Assembly (NCBI GenBank): GCA_002633005.1
Contig: NMRA01000115.1
Coordinates: 73,996 to 137,995 of the forward strand
DNA length: 64,000 nucleotides
Reading direction: 5' to 3'
Source: Phoronis australis
Lineage: Eukaryota > Animalia > Phoronida
This document shows positions 63,250 through 64,000 of this stretch, piece after piece. The translations under genes and the position numbers were made by a program. A model generated the notes under the pieces. It was given only the letters and a program-made list of their open reading frames with translations, was not told the DNA's origin and made no database searches. The stretch's first letter is position 1; the number at the start of each line of letters is the position of its first letter.

Positions 63250-63830
63250 ATTTTAAGCACCCACAAAACTTTTGGTGGCATAATGCCTTCATCTGTTTCT
63301 GGCATCCACTACTGTATCATCTAAATCCCTTGCAGGATCAATGAGAAATTTTCAATTAGCAGCTAGTGTGTTCTAAGACTGATGAAAGTGACACTGGATA
63401 ATGACGACTTTCACACGAGTCCGATTTTGCTATGTCTCCTATTAGGAATTTACGTTGCTTACTTCCTTAGTGGATTTTTAATATGAAATTTAGCAAGTAG
63501 GTTTCTGTTAAGGAGTTCACAATCTCATCTTATTTTTTGGAAAGATTCAACATATTTTATACTACCAGTGGCCAGTTTTGTTACTATCAAAGGATTTGGT
63601 AGATTTAGTCTTACTGCAATGAACCCTTTCTGATTTTGATTTGATGCTGGGTATGACTACTGTCACAGTGGCACCCTCTTGTGACAGTTTTGTATTTGGG
63701 GCTGTGTCTTAAGTCCTTTCCTGGATTGATGTGAAATTTGGTAATTGAAGTGTATTGAATGTGACAAAGTTTGATGACAACCTTTGGATGGACCTGACAA
63801 CCGTTGTGCCTCCTAGTACGTTTGCCTCTG
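63250..63830 (+). mobile_element. Old, decayed relative of the 56871-58556 HINE
   Basis: TTTTAAGCACCCACAAAACTTTTGGTGGCATAATG hairpin-like start, TGAAATTT(A/G)G repeats, GTGCCTCCTAGT and CCAGTGGCCA motifs. Confidence 0.45.
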
Positions 63831-64000
63831 TCAGTCTTGGTATTTCCGCGACAGATTTATAATATGTTAAGGAGACAGTCACCATGACACCTTATCTTTT
63901 TCTCACGAGTTTGACGGATTTCACGCCATCATCGAGTGATCTTTTTTACGATACTTTAAAAATGGTTTTAAAAGTCATAGTCACGGAAGTTTAGACAATT

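Overview
AT-rich (about 37-38% GC by eye) animal genomic DNA, probably from a marine invertebrate such as a lophotrochozoan (inferred from its repeat families). It is not prokaryotic, and most ORFs in the supplied track are spurious. Host genes are two intronless paralogous class A (rhodopsin-like) GPCRs (6666-7646 and 32257-33234, about 86% aa identity by manual count, from a local segmental duplication) and the 5' part of a spliced mucolipin/TRPML channel gene (exons 55377?-63025, continuing past the window). The rest is nested transposon debris whose ends and insertion order can often be read directly. It includes a 4.7 kb Kolobok-type element (TTAA TSD, 21-bp TIRs) with a decayed THAP-transposase gene and a convergent P2X7-ballast-like (KolX) gene, inserted in a Helentron-type element. 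There are three clear Helentron/HINE-type elements plus a decayed fourth, and one carries an array of about 11 CTCF-like motifs in a mucolipin intron. Also present are two ISL2EU/Harbinger-type THAP elements (one with a YqaJ exonuclease remnant), an Academ derivative, Gypsy and Copia remnants, an L1/Tx1 LINE, Penelope remnants (one with a core-mutated hammerhead ribozyme) and several MITEs. All calls come from manual reading; no database searches were run.
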